A DNA stretch of 63,874 bases, the filler included, from Octopus bimaculoides (lineage: Eukaryota), in assembly GCF_001194135.2 (NCBI RefSeq). It is 7 parts of 6 records of this genome, joined end to end, with 100 filler letters (N's around TTAATTAATTAA, not from the genome) between each part and the next. Parts side by side here need not be neighbours in the genome. Positions count along the whole stretch, not along the records: positions 1 to 23,435 come from NC_068987.1; positions 23,536 to 39,552 come from NC_068997.1; 5 more parts are not named here. The stretch is one strand, 5' to 3'. Positions within the stretch are counted from its first letter, which is position 1, and every line of letters begins with the position of its first letter. The position numbers were made by a program, and so were the translations under genes. This document shows positions 13,668-25,826 of this stretch, in pieces. The notes under the pieces were generated by a model, which did not search any database, was not told the DNA's origin, and worked only from the letters and a program-made list of their open reading frames with translations.

Positions 13668-13931
13668 CCTTTCTACTAAAGGCACAAGGCCTGAAATTTA
13701 GGGGGCCGGGAAACAGTCAATTATATCGACCCCAGTGTTTCACTGGTACTTAATTTATCGACCCCGAAATAATGAAAGGCGAAGTCAACCTCGGCGGAAT
13801 TTGAACTCAGAACGTAGCGACGGGCGAAATACAGTTAAGTGTTTTGCCCAGCGTGCTAATGACTCTGCCTGCTTTCTAATTTAGGCGCATATTGTCCCAT
13901 GCGCTAAAAGTTTTGCCAGCTCACCGCCTTA
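13666..13931 (-). mobile_element. tRNA-derived SINE (GGCGGTGAGCTGGCA head, ...agtagaaaggattatt tail) in (AAT)n
   Basis: Same family as the 59576-60840 array. Related copies at 15015-15228, 21110-21545, 55310-55810 and 57370-57870 (all minus) and at 31405-31560, 58310-58520 and 61495-61712 (plus). Confidence 0.8.
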
Positions 13932-13933
13932 AC

Positions 13934-13976
<43 letters not shown>

Positions 13977-13980
13977 TATA

Positions 13981-14150
13981 TAACATACAGAAAATTGCAC
14001 TACTGGGTACTGCACACATTCTACGCAAAACACTTTCAATACAGTAAACATAAGAGCACCACAGCAAACCACAGCACATACCCAAGGCGCACAGAGCTGC
14101 GCTCGGTAGTGAAGTGAAAGCACGTTATAAAAATAAAACTACTGAATAAT
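13981..14150 (+). mobile_element. R4/Dong-like LINE 3' end
   Basis: NIQKIALLGTAHILRKTLSIQ* plus a short UTR, flanked by (AAT)n on both sides. Confidence 0.75.
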
Positions 14151-14572
14151 AATAATAATGTCTTGGTATAAAAGATGGGCTACAGCAAACATTCTGCTTA
14201 ATACCACAGANNNNNNNNNNNNNNNNNNNNNNNNNNNNNNNNNNNNNNNNNNNNNNNNNNNNNNNNNNNNNNNNNNNNNNNNNNNNNNNNNNNNNNNNNN
14301 NNNNNNNNNNNNNNNNNNNNNNNNNNNGCTCAACATCCTTAAACAAACCTTATTCAGGGACCTTTTGAGCGGAATGGGCTACTCGACCTGAAGGTCATGT
14401 GCTGTTTATCTTGATATAAGGCCACCATGTCGCACATATGGTTGTGATGCATGTGCCTGGTGTACCCTTATCAGACGGGTAGCCATGATGAGTATATTGG
14501 GCTTTGTATATTTGTGCCCCAGTGTCACTTTGATGGCATGCACTGCTCTCTCACTCAATAATAATAATAATA

Positions 14573-14966
14573 GTGCGACCATGAGATAGAGAATAGGAAG
14601 TTGGACATAGTCTTAATTGAGAAAGAAAACAAACTATGCTGGATCATAGATATAGCATGCCCAGCTGACAACAAGGTATGCAATAAGGAAAAAAGAAAAG
14701 TCGATAGATATGACAGGTTAGCTTGGGATGTTAAGCAGTTGTGGTCGATGAAAAAGGTAGTAGTAGTACCAATAATTGTCGGAGCCCTGGGAACAGTGAG
14801 CAAAAAATCTCAAGAAGTACGTGGAGCACTTGCAGAAAACAGCACTGCTTGGGACCACTCGAATACTCCGGAAGGTGCTCGAAAAATAAGGGGTGTTAGC
14901 CTAGTACACTGGTAGTGAACAGCTGACATTGTAATATATCTCCGGCGTTAGAAGCTGCGCAAAGGC
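14573..14966 (+). mobile_element. R4/Dong-like LINE 3' fragment (RLE domain)
   Basis: RKLDIVLIEKENKLCWIIDIACPAD...KEKRKVDRYDRLAW...VVPIIVGALG...LQKTALLGTTRILRKVL (frameshifted). (AAT)n on both sides. Confidence 0.8.
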
Positions 14967-15229
14967 AATAATAATAGTAATAACAACAACAACAACAACA
15001 ACAACAATAATAATGGTTTCAAATTTTGCCACAAGGGTATCAATTTGGGGGTAAGGGGGAGAAGTCGATTACTTCGACCCAGTGTTCAACTGGTACTTAT
15101 TTTATTGACCCCAAAGGGATGGAAGGCAAAGTCGACCTTGGCGGAATTTGAACTCCGAACATAGCGGCAGATGAAGTACCACTAAGCGTTTCGACCAGCA
15201 TGCTAACGATTCTGTCAGCTCACCACCTT

Positions 15230-15239
15230 AATAATAATA

Positions 15240-15277
<38 letters not shown>

Positions 15278-16420
15278 CAGAAAGATTTCAATTATTGGCC
15301 CCTGGTGTTCAACTGGTACTTATTTTAAGAAGAAGAACAACAACAACAACAACACCAACAACAACGTTATTTCTACTTGCAACTACCACCACTACTACCA
15401 CCACCACTACCACCACCACCACTACCACCACCACCACTACTTCTACTGTTACAATTGCCAATCTTGTCCGCACAGTACAACTACAGCTTTAGAGCTACCA
15501 ATCCTGCTACGACCATCACCACTACAATCATTGCTACTACTACAACTGCTACTACTACTACTACCACCACCACTACTTCTTCTTTCATCACCATTACTAC
15601 ATGTGCTTGTACCACAACAACTACTACTACTACTACCACCACCACCACCACCATCACAACTACTTGTACTGCTTCTACTAACACCACTGCAACCACAACC
15701 ACCACTATTTTTACTGCCTCTGCTGCTATCATCACCGTTACTACTGCTACTACTACTACTACTACTGCTGCTGTTAAACTGTTATTGTTACTACTACAAC
15801 TACTATACTACATGAGATCTCATTTCCTCTGCCCCATGAAGTGAAGTTGACCAACATGTAGCAAAAGCAGAAATGGGGCGAGAAGGGTGGTGGGGTAAGG
15901 GAAGGGAGTATGATATGGAATAATGGGAGGAGGAGGAGGAGGAGGGAGAGGGTGTGTAGGTGGTGGGTGATAGAGGGGAGGGTTGATTGTAATATCAAAC
16001 TGTAGTGGGGATCAGTAGAGGAGAGAGAGGGAGGAAAGAGAGATTGGAGAATTAGAGAGAGAGAGAGAGATAGAAACTGAGAAAGAGAAAAGGAAAGACA
16101 GAGAGACAAAGAGAAAGACTGGGAAAGAGAGAGAGGGAAACACGGAGAGAAAGAATGATTGAGAGAGAAACAGAGGGAGAAAGAAAGAATGATTGAGAGA
16201 GAAACAGAGGGAGAAAGAAAGAATAAGAGAGAGATACAAAGAGAGAAGGAAAGACTGAGAGAGAAAAAAGAAAGACAGAGAGAAAGAGACAAAGAGAGAA
16301 AGAAAGATTAGGAAAGAGAGAGAGAAAAAGAAAGAAAGATTAAAAAGATGAAATGAGAATTTTTTTTTAATAAAGCAAAGTGAAACAAATAAAAATAAAA
16401 AAAAGATGAAGAGGAGAAAA
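15230..16420. repeat. (AAT)n, (ACT/ACC)n and GA-rich simple repeats
   Basis: Source of the poly-T, poly-P, poly-L and poly-V ORFs. Confidence 0.9.
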
Positions 16421-16484
16421 AAGAGAAATAAAAAGATAGGTTTCTTTCATATTGTAATATAGAAACATCCACAAATTACACACA

Positions 16485-16530
<46 letters not shown>

Positions 16531-16890
16531 TGCACACACACAAATAAACACAAGCATACATCTTCCAGAAACAGCCAGCTCCCCAGTTGAATATAAACAA
16601 AACACACACACACACGCACACATATATGTACTGTGGAGNNNNNNNNNNNNNNNNNNNNNNNNNNNNNNNNNNNNNNNNNNNNNNNNNNNNNNNNNNNNNN
16701 NNNNNNNNNNNNNNNNNNNNNNNNNNNNNNNNNNNNNNNNNNNNNNNNNNNNNNNNNNNNNNNNNNNNNNNNNNNNNNNNNNNNNNNNNNNNNNNNNNNN
16801 NNNNNNNNNNNNNNNNNNNNNNNNNNNNNNNNNNNNNNNNNNNNNNNNNNNNNNNNNNNNNNNNNNNNNNNNNNNNNNNNNNNNNNNNNN

Positions 16891-17204
16891 NAAGTAGCTT
16901 GCTTACCAACCACATGGTTCCAGGTTCAGTCCCACTGCATGGCACCTTGGGCAAGTGTCTTCTACTATAGCCTTAGGCCGACCAAAGCCTTGTGAGTGGA
17001 TTTGGTAGACGGAAACTACGTAAAAGCACCCACTACACTCTCTGAGTGGTTGGCATTAGGAAGGGCATCCAGCTGTAGAAACTCTGCCAAATCAGATTGG
17101 AGCCTGGTGTAGCCTTCTGGTTTTACCAGTCTTCAGTCAAATCGTCCAACCCATACTAGCATGGAAAGCGGACGTTAAACGATGATGATGATGATGATGA
17201 TGAT
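16891..17204 (+). mobile_element. SINE head joined to (GAT)n-tailed 3' half
   Basis: aagtagcttgcttaccaaccacatggttccaggttcagtccc...gtagacggaaact, then ...ggacgttaaacgatgatgatg. Confidence 0.8.
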
Positions 17205-17775
17205 ATATACTCGTCCTCAGCCGCCTGGATTACTGCTTCCAGCTACGGTCACCCAACAGTGTAAAATTAACACCAAACTTTCAAGCAATCCAGCAAAGCT
17301 TCACAAAGAAGATTGTCTCTTTGCAACAGCTCGGCTACTCAGAAAGGCTGAAACAGCTAAGACTCTACTCCCAGGAGAGAAGGCAAGCGAGGTATGCAGT
17401 AATATACATCTGGAAAATCCTGGACGGAATTGTGCCAAATTTTGGCATTGAAAGCTACACCAATGCCAGAACAGGTCGACACTGCACAGTGCCAAATATT
17501 CCGGAATGCCATCGCGCTTCAGGACCAGTAACTGTAACAGCCTGGGTTTCAGGGGCCCACAGCAATTTAATATTCTTCCAAAGAGCCTGAGGAACCTGCA
17601 CGAAGTAGATGTAGGCGTTTTTAAATCAAGGCTGGACCTCTTCCTGTCGAGAGTCCCAGATGAACCTACCTCACGGCAAGAGGTGCAAATGAGGTTAGCT
17701 ACGTCAAACTCCATTCTTCACCAAGTGCCACGTATTAGAGGAGACTCTCAGTAATAACAGTGTAGCAAAACGGCG
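17205..17775 (+). mobile_element. CR1-group LINE 3' fragment
   Basis: LGYSERLKQLRLYSQERRQARYAVIYIWKILDGIVPN...GPQQFNILPKSLRN...FKSRLDLFLSRVPDEP, a typical post-RT C-terminus; frameshifted. Confidence 0.75.
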
Positions 17776-18046
17776 GTGCTCCAACATGGCCACCGCTATG
17801 AGCTGAAACTACAAGGAAAAGAAAAAAAATAGAAATAACATGCTGAGGCCTTCATCCTGCAATGGACTAAACATTGCCAATCCAAATCATTCCATGTATA
17901 TAAGACTTGATTGTGAGAATTTCCCAAGAATAGTAAAGCTTTCTTGTACAAGCAAAACCTTTCAGATATGTTTGAATGTATGAATATAAGGTTCTCTGAT
18001 GTGCATGCCCTTACTAAAATGAAAGAGAAATCAAAGTGCCACCTAC

Positions 18047-18150
18047 CATAGGGGTTTCCATTCACTGATGTGCCAATTAATTCGGCAGTGTGGTTTAAGA
18101 TGTCCTTCAAAGGGACCAGGCAGATTTTTAATGCTGTGTTTTCTGTTTCT
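18047..18150 (-). CDS. RLIG1: RLIG1-like RNA ligase, internal exon (104 nt; phase 2 to phase 1)
   Basis: Acceptor ataattacag, donor gtaggt. Encodes (K)ETENTALKICLVPLKDILNHTAELIGTSVNGNPY(G), cf. human [30 protein letters not shown]. Confidence 0.92.
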
Positions 18151-19509
18151 CTGTAATTATATACACATGACACTAATGAATATTAACCTTTAAATATGAG
18201 ATAAAAAAAACATAAAAATACATTAAACATAATAATGATCATTATCATTATTTTAACATTCACTTTCCCTATATTGCATGGGTCGAATGGGGTTTATTGA
18301 GGCAGATAGCTACAGCTGGATGCCCTTCCTGTTGCCAATCCTCACCTATTTCCAATAAAGGAAATATTTTCCCATGGTCAGATACGTACTGACAAAATAT
18401 TAACACATATTTACAACTATCATGTGATGTCAAGACAAAGAGGCACAAACACACACAGACACACGTACGTACACACACACACATGGTTTGAGTGGCTGAA
18501 ACTTAGACACATACATACATACATACATACATACATACATACATACATACATGCATATGCATATATGTGTGTGTGTGTGCGTGTGTGTGTGAAGGCACAT
18601 GGCTCAATGGTTAGAGCGTCGAACATACGACCGTGTGGTTGTGAGTTATGACAACGAAGCAGAACAGGTTTCTTGCTGCCGACGAACTAAATGGTCTATC
18701 ATCACATTATAAAGGAGAAAGAAAGGATAACTGGGAAGTTGAGCTAGAAAAAGAGACGAAAATAATGGTGGAACGAGTATATAACAGCTCTGGTCATTTT
18801 TCTTTTAAAGATATTTCACTTGGCGTCCGCTTTAAATCACCAAGTAACGTCTCGTATGCTCTCTCTTCGATATTTACGGGTCCTTGTACTTACATAGAAA
18901 TATAAACAGGTTAGAAAAAAAAAACTCATTGACAGATTTATGTCTGAGTTGTTTCCCTTACATTTAAGAAATCCTACTTACTTCCCTTGGTGAGTTTTCG
19001 GGAAATCCAAATCCACTTATTTATAACTTTCTTTCATTTACTATCCGTTCAGATTTACGTAGCTATTTTTGTTATTNNNNNNNNNNNNNNNNNNNNNNNN
19101 NNNNNNNNNNNNNNNNNNNNNATATATATATATATATAAATACTTTTTTCGGATTAACATTGATTAAATGATTCAAAGGCATTCAAACGCTTATAAAAAG
19201 TCTAAGAGAAAATTTTTTTAAATCTATTTAGAAAATTTCATTCTTTGCATAGCAACACTTTTTCAAATATTTTGACTTTGTTCAGTTTGCAACATTCTTG
19301 ATGAGAACTCACGTGTTGCAACAGATTCTGTTTTATTTTGGGATGGTCATTACACCAATGACAAACACATGCACTGATTCAGTGTCATGACTGTGTGTAT
19401 ATGTATGCATGTACATGTGTATCTGTACATATTCGTGTGTGTGTGTGTGTGTGATAGAGGAGAAAATGAAATGATAAAGGAATAAACAATTGTCTTATGA
19501 AATTCATTG

Positions 19510-19588
19510 GCTTACAGCTGTTTCTGCTATGAGATGCAATGGACTCATAGTTGAGTGCCTGTGTAACACTTTATAGCTTCATCAGAGC
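19510..19588 (-). ncRNA. Type I hammerhead motif with extended helix II, in an RLIG1 intron (sense)
   Basis: Minus strand GCT-CTGATGA-A-GCTAT...ATAGC-A-GAAAC-AGCT-GTA-AGC. Canonical core, palindromic ACAGCUGU helix III, GUA triplet. Helix I only 3 bp. Internal CTATGAG/CTCATAG hairpin. Confidence 0.6.
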
Positions 19589-19760
19589 ACCACCCCGACC
19601 ACTAGGCCAGGCACACCCTCACCATTGTGAGAACATACAATTACAAAAAGATGCTGGAGGAGGGGGTTAAAAATAAAGTCCAAAGGTAACTTGGGATTTA
19701 AATATATTACAAAGAAATATATGATCAAAATAAACTGGTGAAAAAATATTGAGAACTAAC

Positions 19761-19848
19761 TTGAGCAGTAATGCTGTGCCTTGCTTCAAATTGACCGATT
19801 CCAAGTGCCAACAGTATTGTTTGCTGTTCACATCAATAGGAACCCAAC
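19761..19848 (-). CDS. RLIG1: RLIG1-like RNA ligase, internal exon (88 nt; phase 1 to phase 2)
   Basis: Acceptor caatttacag, donor gttagt. Encodes (G)[28 protein letters not shown](K), cf. human [30 protein letters not shown]. Absent from the ORF track. Confidence 0.92.
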
Positions 19849-20910
19849 CTGTAAATTGAAGATGCTTTAGTTACATTGCAAAGACACATTGATGGAGCTG
19901 CAACAAGCTGCTATTAAAGTTAGAAGTGAAGATAGTCACAAATGGAAACAGTCACAGCCATACACATTCAGTCATTCAAACTTAAATCCTCATCATCATA
20001 AACCATCTTCATAATCATCCAACATCCACTCTTCCATGTTTGGTCAGACGGAATTTATCGAGGCAGATTATTTTTACAGTTGGATGCTCTTCCTGTCACC
20101 AACCTTTACTTGTTTCCATGGCAAGGTAATATCTCCCCTTGGCCTGATAGGTTTCTGATGGAAGACTGGAAACAAAGAACCCCGCTTGTATGATGGTGAT
20201 GCTCATTTACAACCATCACATGATGTGAAGACAAGGGTACATACAAACACAAACACACACATGCTATATGTTTAATAATATTAGGGATAAAAATCCAAAT
20301 TTACAGGTAAAAACTCAATTTAATTTAATTTATCAAAATTAAAATTAAATTAGGTTTCACAATATATAATATATATATACATATACACATATATCGGGTT
20401 GCCCTTGCACTACTGATATCATGTAACCTACATGATCAGGTCTTCAAGATCTAAACTAGCAACCCCACCAAGTTTGCTTGACAAGGAGTGTGATTTGGGA
20501 CACACTGCAAGATGAAAAACAAGACTCATGAAAGTAGGGAGGAACTCAGGAGAGTCAACAGCCATCCAGTAGAGTCAGGGCAAGATGGCGCTCACCAGTT
20601 ATAGTCAAGACAAGCCTGGGGATAGAGTAGAAGACATTTGCCCAAGGTGCTGTGTAGTTGGAGAGAACCCAAGACCACATGGTTGGGAAGCAAGCTTCTC
20701 AACCACATACCTACATTTGTGACTATACATTCGCACAAACAAGCAAATGTTTGTTTTCCTTGCTATTCTCGATAGCTAAACCCATCAGGAAGATTTGCAT
20801 GCATAAACGATGTGATAGGTTTATATCTAAGCCACCTGTTTGGTCCATGAATGAGCTAAACTGGTAATGCTAGGTAGTAATAATATTATCAGGTATAAAT
20901 TCATCCTTAC

Positions 20911-20995
20911 CAGGTGTGTGTCCATTTTGGTCAGGATAAACAACGCCATCCTTCACTTCAACACCTGTGGCAGGAATCCAATGCTCTGGAAAAGG
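20911..20995 (-). CDS. RLIG1: RLIG1-like RNA ligase, internal exon (85 nt; phase 0 to phase 1)
   Basis: Acceptor ttcttttacag, donor gtaagg. Encodes [28 protein letters not shown](G), cf. human [29 protein letters not shown]. Phase fits both neighbouring exons. Confidence 0.92.
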
Positions 20996-21654
20996 CTGTA
21001 AAAGAAATGAATAACGAGCAAAGATAAATGGAGGAGAACATTGCAAGAATGGGTCAACCACATTCATTTTCAGAGAAAAATATTAATAAGTATTAACAAC
21101 CATACACCAACCAAAATTCTTTTCTACTCTAGGTGCAAGGCCCGAAATTTTTGGGGACGGGGCCTGTCGATTAGATCAACACCAGTACACAACTAGTACT
21201 TAATTTATAGACCCCAAAAGGATGAAAGGCAAAGTCGACCTTGGTNNNNNNNNNNNNNNNNNNNNNNNNNNNNNNNNNNNNNNNNNNNNNNNNNNNNNNN
21301 NNNNNNNNNNNNNNNNNNNNNNNNNNNNNNNNNNNNNNNNNNNNNNNNNNNNNNNNNNNNNNNNNNNNNNNNNNNGGACAGTTGATTAGATCAACCCAGT
21401 ATGCAACTGGTACTTAATTTATCGACTCTGAAAGGTTGAAAGGCAAAGCTGACCTCGGCGGAATTTGAACTCAGAACGTAAAGACAGACGAAATACCGCT
21501 AAGCATATTGTCCAGAGTGCTAAGGTTTCTGCCGGCTCGCAAGCCAATCACCAATCAATATTGTTGAGAAAGTAAAAAGACAGCAAAACAGTAAAGATTC
21601 CTGCTAAATGTCAAAATGCAATTCCAGGCATTGGATTTAACTTTGATTTTCTCA

Positions 21655-21894
21655 TGGTTTACATTCCTCACTTAGTCTTTTTCTCCATGCTTGCATGAGT
21701 TGGATGCAGTTTATTGAGGCAAATATTTCTATGGCCAGCTGACCTTCCTGACACCAGCCTTTATATATTTCCAAGCAAGGCAAATATTTCCCCATGACCA
21801 GACATGTTCTCACAGAATATTCAAAAATGAATGAATGAATGACACTGCTTGTATGACAGTGGTACTCGTTTACAACTATCAGATGTCAAGACAA

Positions 21895-21968
<74 letters not shown>

Positions 21969-22125
21969 TTACACACACACATATGCTGGGTTTCTTTCTG
22001 TTTCTCTCTACCTAATCCACTTACAAGGCTTTGATCGGCCCAGGACTGTAGTACAAAGCAGTTGCTGGAGGATCCACGCAGTGGGACTGAATCTGGAACC
22101 GTTTGGTTGGGAAGCAAACAACTCC
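21655..22125 (-). mobile_element. SINE with internal (CA)n, in an RLIG1 intron
   Basis: Head at 21990-22125. Body related to 18235-18480 and 19990-20260. Confidence 0.65.
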
Positions 22126-22728
22126 GCCTGCACCTATAAACTTCTTAATTTCCCCCTCTCTCTAAAAATGAGGGAGGGTGAAGGAGGAGGGAGAAAAGAG
22201 GGCGGGGTGAGAGCAGAAGGGAGGGAGGGGAGAGGAGAAAAGACAGAGAGAGAGAGAGATCACGACACGCTGTAACCTCGATGACTCTCATATTAATAGG
22301 CTGAAATAACGACAAAACGCAAGTACGAAGAGCAGATAACTCTGCTTGTCCAAGGAGTTGCGTCCCTTAGATTCATAAACCTTTGAAAGTGTTTCTCAAA
22401 ATCATGAGCTAACATTTCCGACATCAACCGCGATTAGATTATACCACGCACGAATTTAAGATACTTGCCAATATAATTATAACATGACAAAGCTGAGAGG
22501 AATAATAAATTAATGAAATTTCATTTACTCAAAAGTGGAAGCTTTACAAAAAGAAATTTGCAAATGTGACTGATAGAATAAGTAGCAGACTTCCAAAAAA
22601 AAAACCATAAATACTAAAGTGGATGGGTTCAGTTAAACCCTCCAAGATGGTGCCCCAGCATGGCCACAGTCCAATGACTGAAACAAAAAAAGACAAAAGA
22701 TAAATATTAACAAAATACAGAACCGAAC

Positions 22729-22859
22729 CTTAAAGTCTTGCTCGAAATTCCACTGAAACGTGGCATCTTTATCAAGTTGCTCATTCTGAAATTTACGAAA
22801 TTCTTTCTCGGCAGACTTCTTGGGTTTTCTGTCATGACGGGCCCATAACCATGGCCTGT
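22729..22859 (-). CDS. RLIG1: RLIG1/C12orf29-like RNA ligase, internal exon (131 nt; phase 1 to phase 0)
   Basis: Acceptor ctctttccag, donor gttcgg. Encodes (D)[43 protein letters not shown], matching the remembered human C12orf29 segment [23 protein letters not shown]...FFWNVEEDFK. Confidence 0.92.
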
Positions 22860-22988
22860 CTGGAAAGAGAAAAAGGTCGTAAATAAACATCAATGTCAGG
22901 ATTGTTATAAAGTTATGAAGAACAATGAACTTTTCTAAATGAAAGGACTTCATAGTTTTGATAGCGTCAAAAAAAGTGAACATCAAAC

Positions 22989-23020
<32 letters not shown>

Positions 23021-23084
23021 CACACATGCACATATATGTGTGTGCATGTGTGTGTGTATATACACATGTATATATGTATTATAT

Positions 23085-23435
23085 TTCAGGTAGATGGCCC
23101 TGCTATAAAACACAAACCCCTTCAGGTAAAACCCCTTCAGGTAGATGGCCCTGCTCAGTATGTAGAAAAGGAGTAGGTAGTAACTCTATAAGATGTACCC
23201 GGTGCAAGCTATGGACACATAAGAGGTGCAGCAACATCAAAGGCAGGTTAACTAGCAAGTTAGTTTTTGTTTGTGGCAGATGTTCAGGTGCAATAAAGAC
23301 TGCAAACAAACAGGAAACAACTTCTATCTCATTCCAGGGTGAAAAACTAGAGGTAGTCGATAGCTTCCGCTATCTGGGCGACCAAGTTAGTAGTGGGGGT
23401 GGGTGCGCTGAAAGTGTAGCTGCTAGAATAAGAAT
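23085..23435 (+). mobile_element. RTE-like LINE ORF fragment with PHD-type Cys/His finger; truncated by a gap; lies upstream of the first resolved RLIG1 exon
   Basis: WPCSVCRKGVGSNSIRCTRCKLWTHKRCSNIKG...FVCGRC...GEKLEVVDSFRYLGDQVSSGGGCAESVAARIR. Confidence 0.8.
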
Positions 23436-23535
23436 NNNNNNNNNNNNNNNNNNNNNNNNNNNNNNNNNNNNNNNNNNNNTTAATTAATTAANNNNNNNNN
23501 NNNNNNNNNNNNNNNNNNNNNNNNNNNNNNNNNNN
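23436..23535. other. Artificial 100-bp assembly gap (44 N + TTAATTAATTAA + 44 N); also at 39553, 51882, 55119, 59166 and 62645
   Basis: Identical 44/12/44 layout six times. The linker has stops in all six frames. Confidence 0.97.
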
Positions 23536-23573
<38 letters not shown>

Positions 23574-24068
23574 AGAGAGAGAAAGAAATAGACAGATATA
23601 TATATATAAATACATACATATAAATATATATATATATTTATATATCTGTTTGTATGTATATAAATGTATATACATACACATACATATATATACATATATG
23701 TAAATACATGTATATACATCTATAGATATATGCATACATATATATATATGTTTGTGAGTGCATATGTGTGTGTATGCATATATATATGTATATGCACATC
23801 TATATGTTGATATGTTTAAGCCTTTTGTATTTGTTTACAATAGAGACTAAGATTGCTTGGCTATGAAGATTTGTAAATGCTAAATACCAACGAGCATACA
23901 CGGTCTTTAGACTGTGATACCTAAAAGTACATATAATATACCTTATACTGGTAATCAAAAACACGCACGTGCACATATTTATAGACACATACAGGCACTC
24001 ACACAGACATATACACACGCTTACATACACACACACGCTGACACTCACAAATACATATGTACAGACAA

Positions 24069-24122
<54 letters not shown>

Positions 24123-24547
24123 TATATATATACGCAAATATACATAAATATATGTGAATATATATATATATATATATACACACACAGATGCTCTACCTTT
24201 GTCTCTTTCCCTCTCTCTCACGCACATATACACGTACGTTTTATTTTTTTGGTATATTTCTATGTATAAGCTTCTGTCTTTATATATGCCTATATACGCT
24301 CGTGTCCGTTTATCCATGTATGGTGGAATGCCTATGCTTGTACGTAAGATAGACGTTCATCCAGACCATGTATGTATGATGTCTGTATTAACTTTTTTTT
24401 CCTCTAGTGCGCATATTTTGCGCACGTTTCCATATATTTACATTAATGCGTGCGGTAACCCGCTGCCAATCACGAGCTGAGTACGAACGACCTTGAGTTC
24501 AACGGTAGACATACACAAAATACTACTACTGATATAATAATAATAAC

Positions 24548-24598
<51 letters not shown>

Positions 24599-24904
24599 TA
24601 TAATAATAATAATAATAATGATGATGATGATAATGATAATAATAACAACAACAACAATAAAAATGTCTTATTTAATGATAATTCTATCCGTTCATCAAAT
24701 GTCATATTAAAATAGAGTGTGATCATTTCCAATTCGGCGCAGCGGATGTCAAGTTTCTGTGTTAGATTTTTCTAGATTTTTATTTCCAAACCTTCCTTCC
24801 ATAATATGTATACTCGTGCATGCATATCTTCGTTGTTGGGTAACTTTACATATATTTCAATGGAATCAAAATATAACATATATGTATATATATATATATA
24901 TATA

Positions 24905-24944
<40 letters not shown>

Positions 24945-25705
24945 CAAACAAATGAGAGAAACGAAGCAAATAAATTAAATTGTGGAAAAGAGGAAGAGAA
25001 GGAGGAGCAGAAGAATAGAAACTGTGGAAATGTAGGAGAGGAAAGGAAACTAACTGGGGATTTATTGAGATATCGGAAGAAGGTAAAATACTATTAAATT
25101 TTAAATAATGTACGAAAACCTATACGGTAAAATGTCGGCATGAAGATTGTTCAATAGGATGAGAGGAAGTGAGAATAACGCATTAGTTGGACATTTCAAA
25201 CGTGAATAAAAAAAAGTGGGAGGAGATTTATTTCATGTGTTTTAGAGCCTTGAAGTGATTTTCAAAGATTTTTATTCTCCCACAAAATGTATTTATCTCA
25301 TTCCTCGTATTAGTTTTATATTTTTAGCTATTTGTTATTTCATTTATTATTGTTATTATTACTACTTTTTTGTATGCGATTTGTACGTTTATTTTCTTCT
25401 ATTTAATGTATTTGGGTTTTTTTCTTTGTGCGTAGTTATATGTTTATGTGTTTTCAAAATTAATGATTTGTTTCTTTTTTGTTTGTTGAAAAAGTTTAAG
25501 TGTGTATAAATAGTACATGAGATTTAATTTGTTGACAAATTAATAATTATTAATAAATAGGTTTTTATAAACCACCCCGGGTTCATTACATGTGTATGAA
25601 TGTGTGTTGTGTATGTAAATGTGCATTCATGTATGCTTACACACGCACACACGCGTTTATGTACGCATGCAGATATGCGCATATTTGTATGTATAATCAT
25701 ATGTA

Positions 25706-25746
<41 letters not shown>

Positions 25747-25826
25747 AATTGGATAACGCTAATGGGTATTTTATTGTGAGAGTCCTTTAGTTGCACATGC
25801 CGGACATATACCGGTATATATCTTAC

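Noticed and set aside
18648-18905. 85-aa plus-strand ORF inside an RLIG1 intron
   Set aside because: Starts at a SINE junction, has no recognisable motif and has no coherent exon structure.
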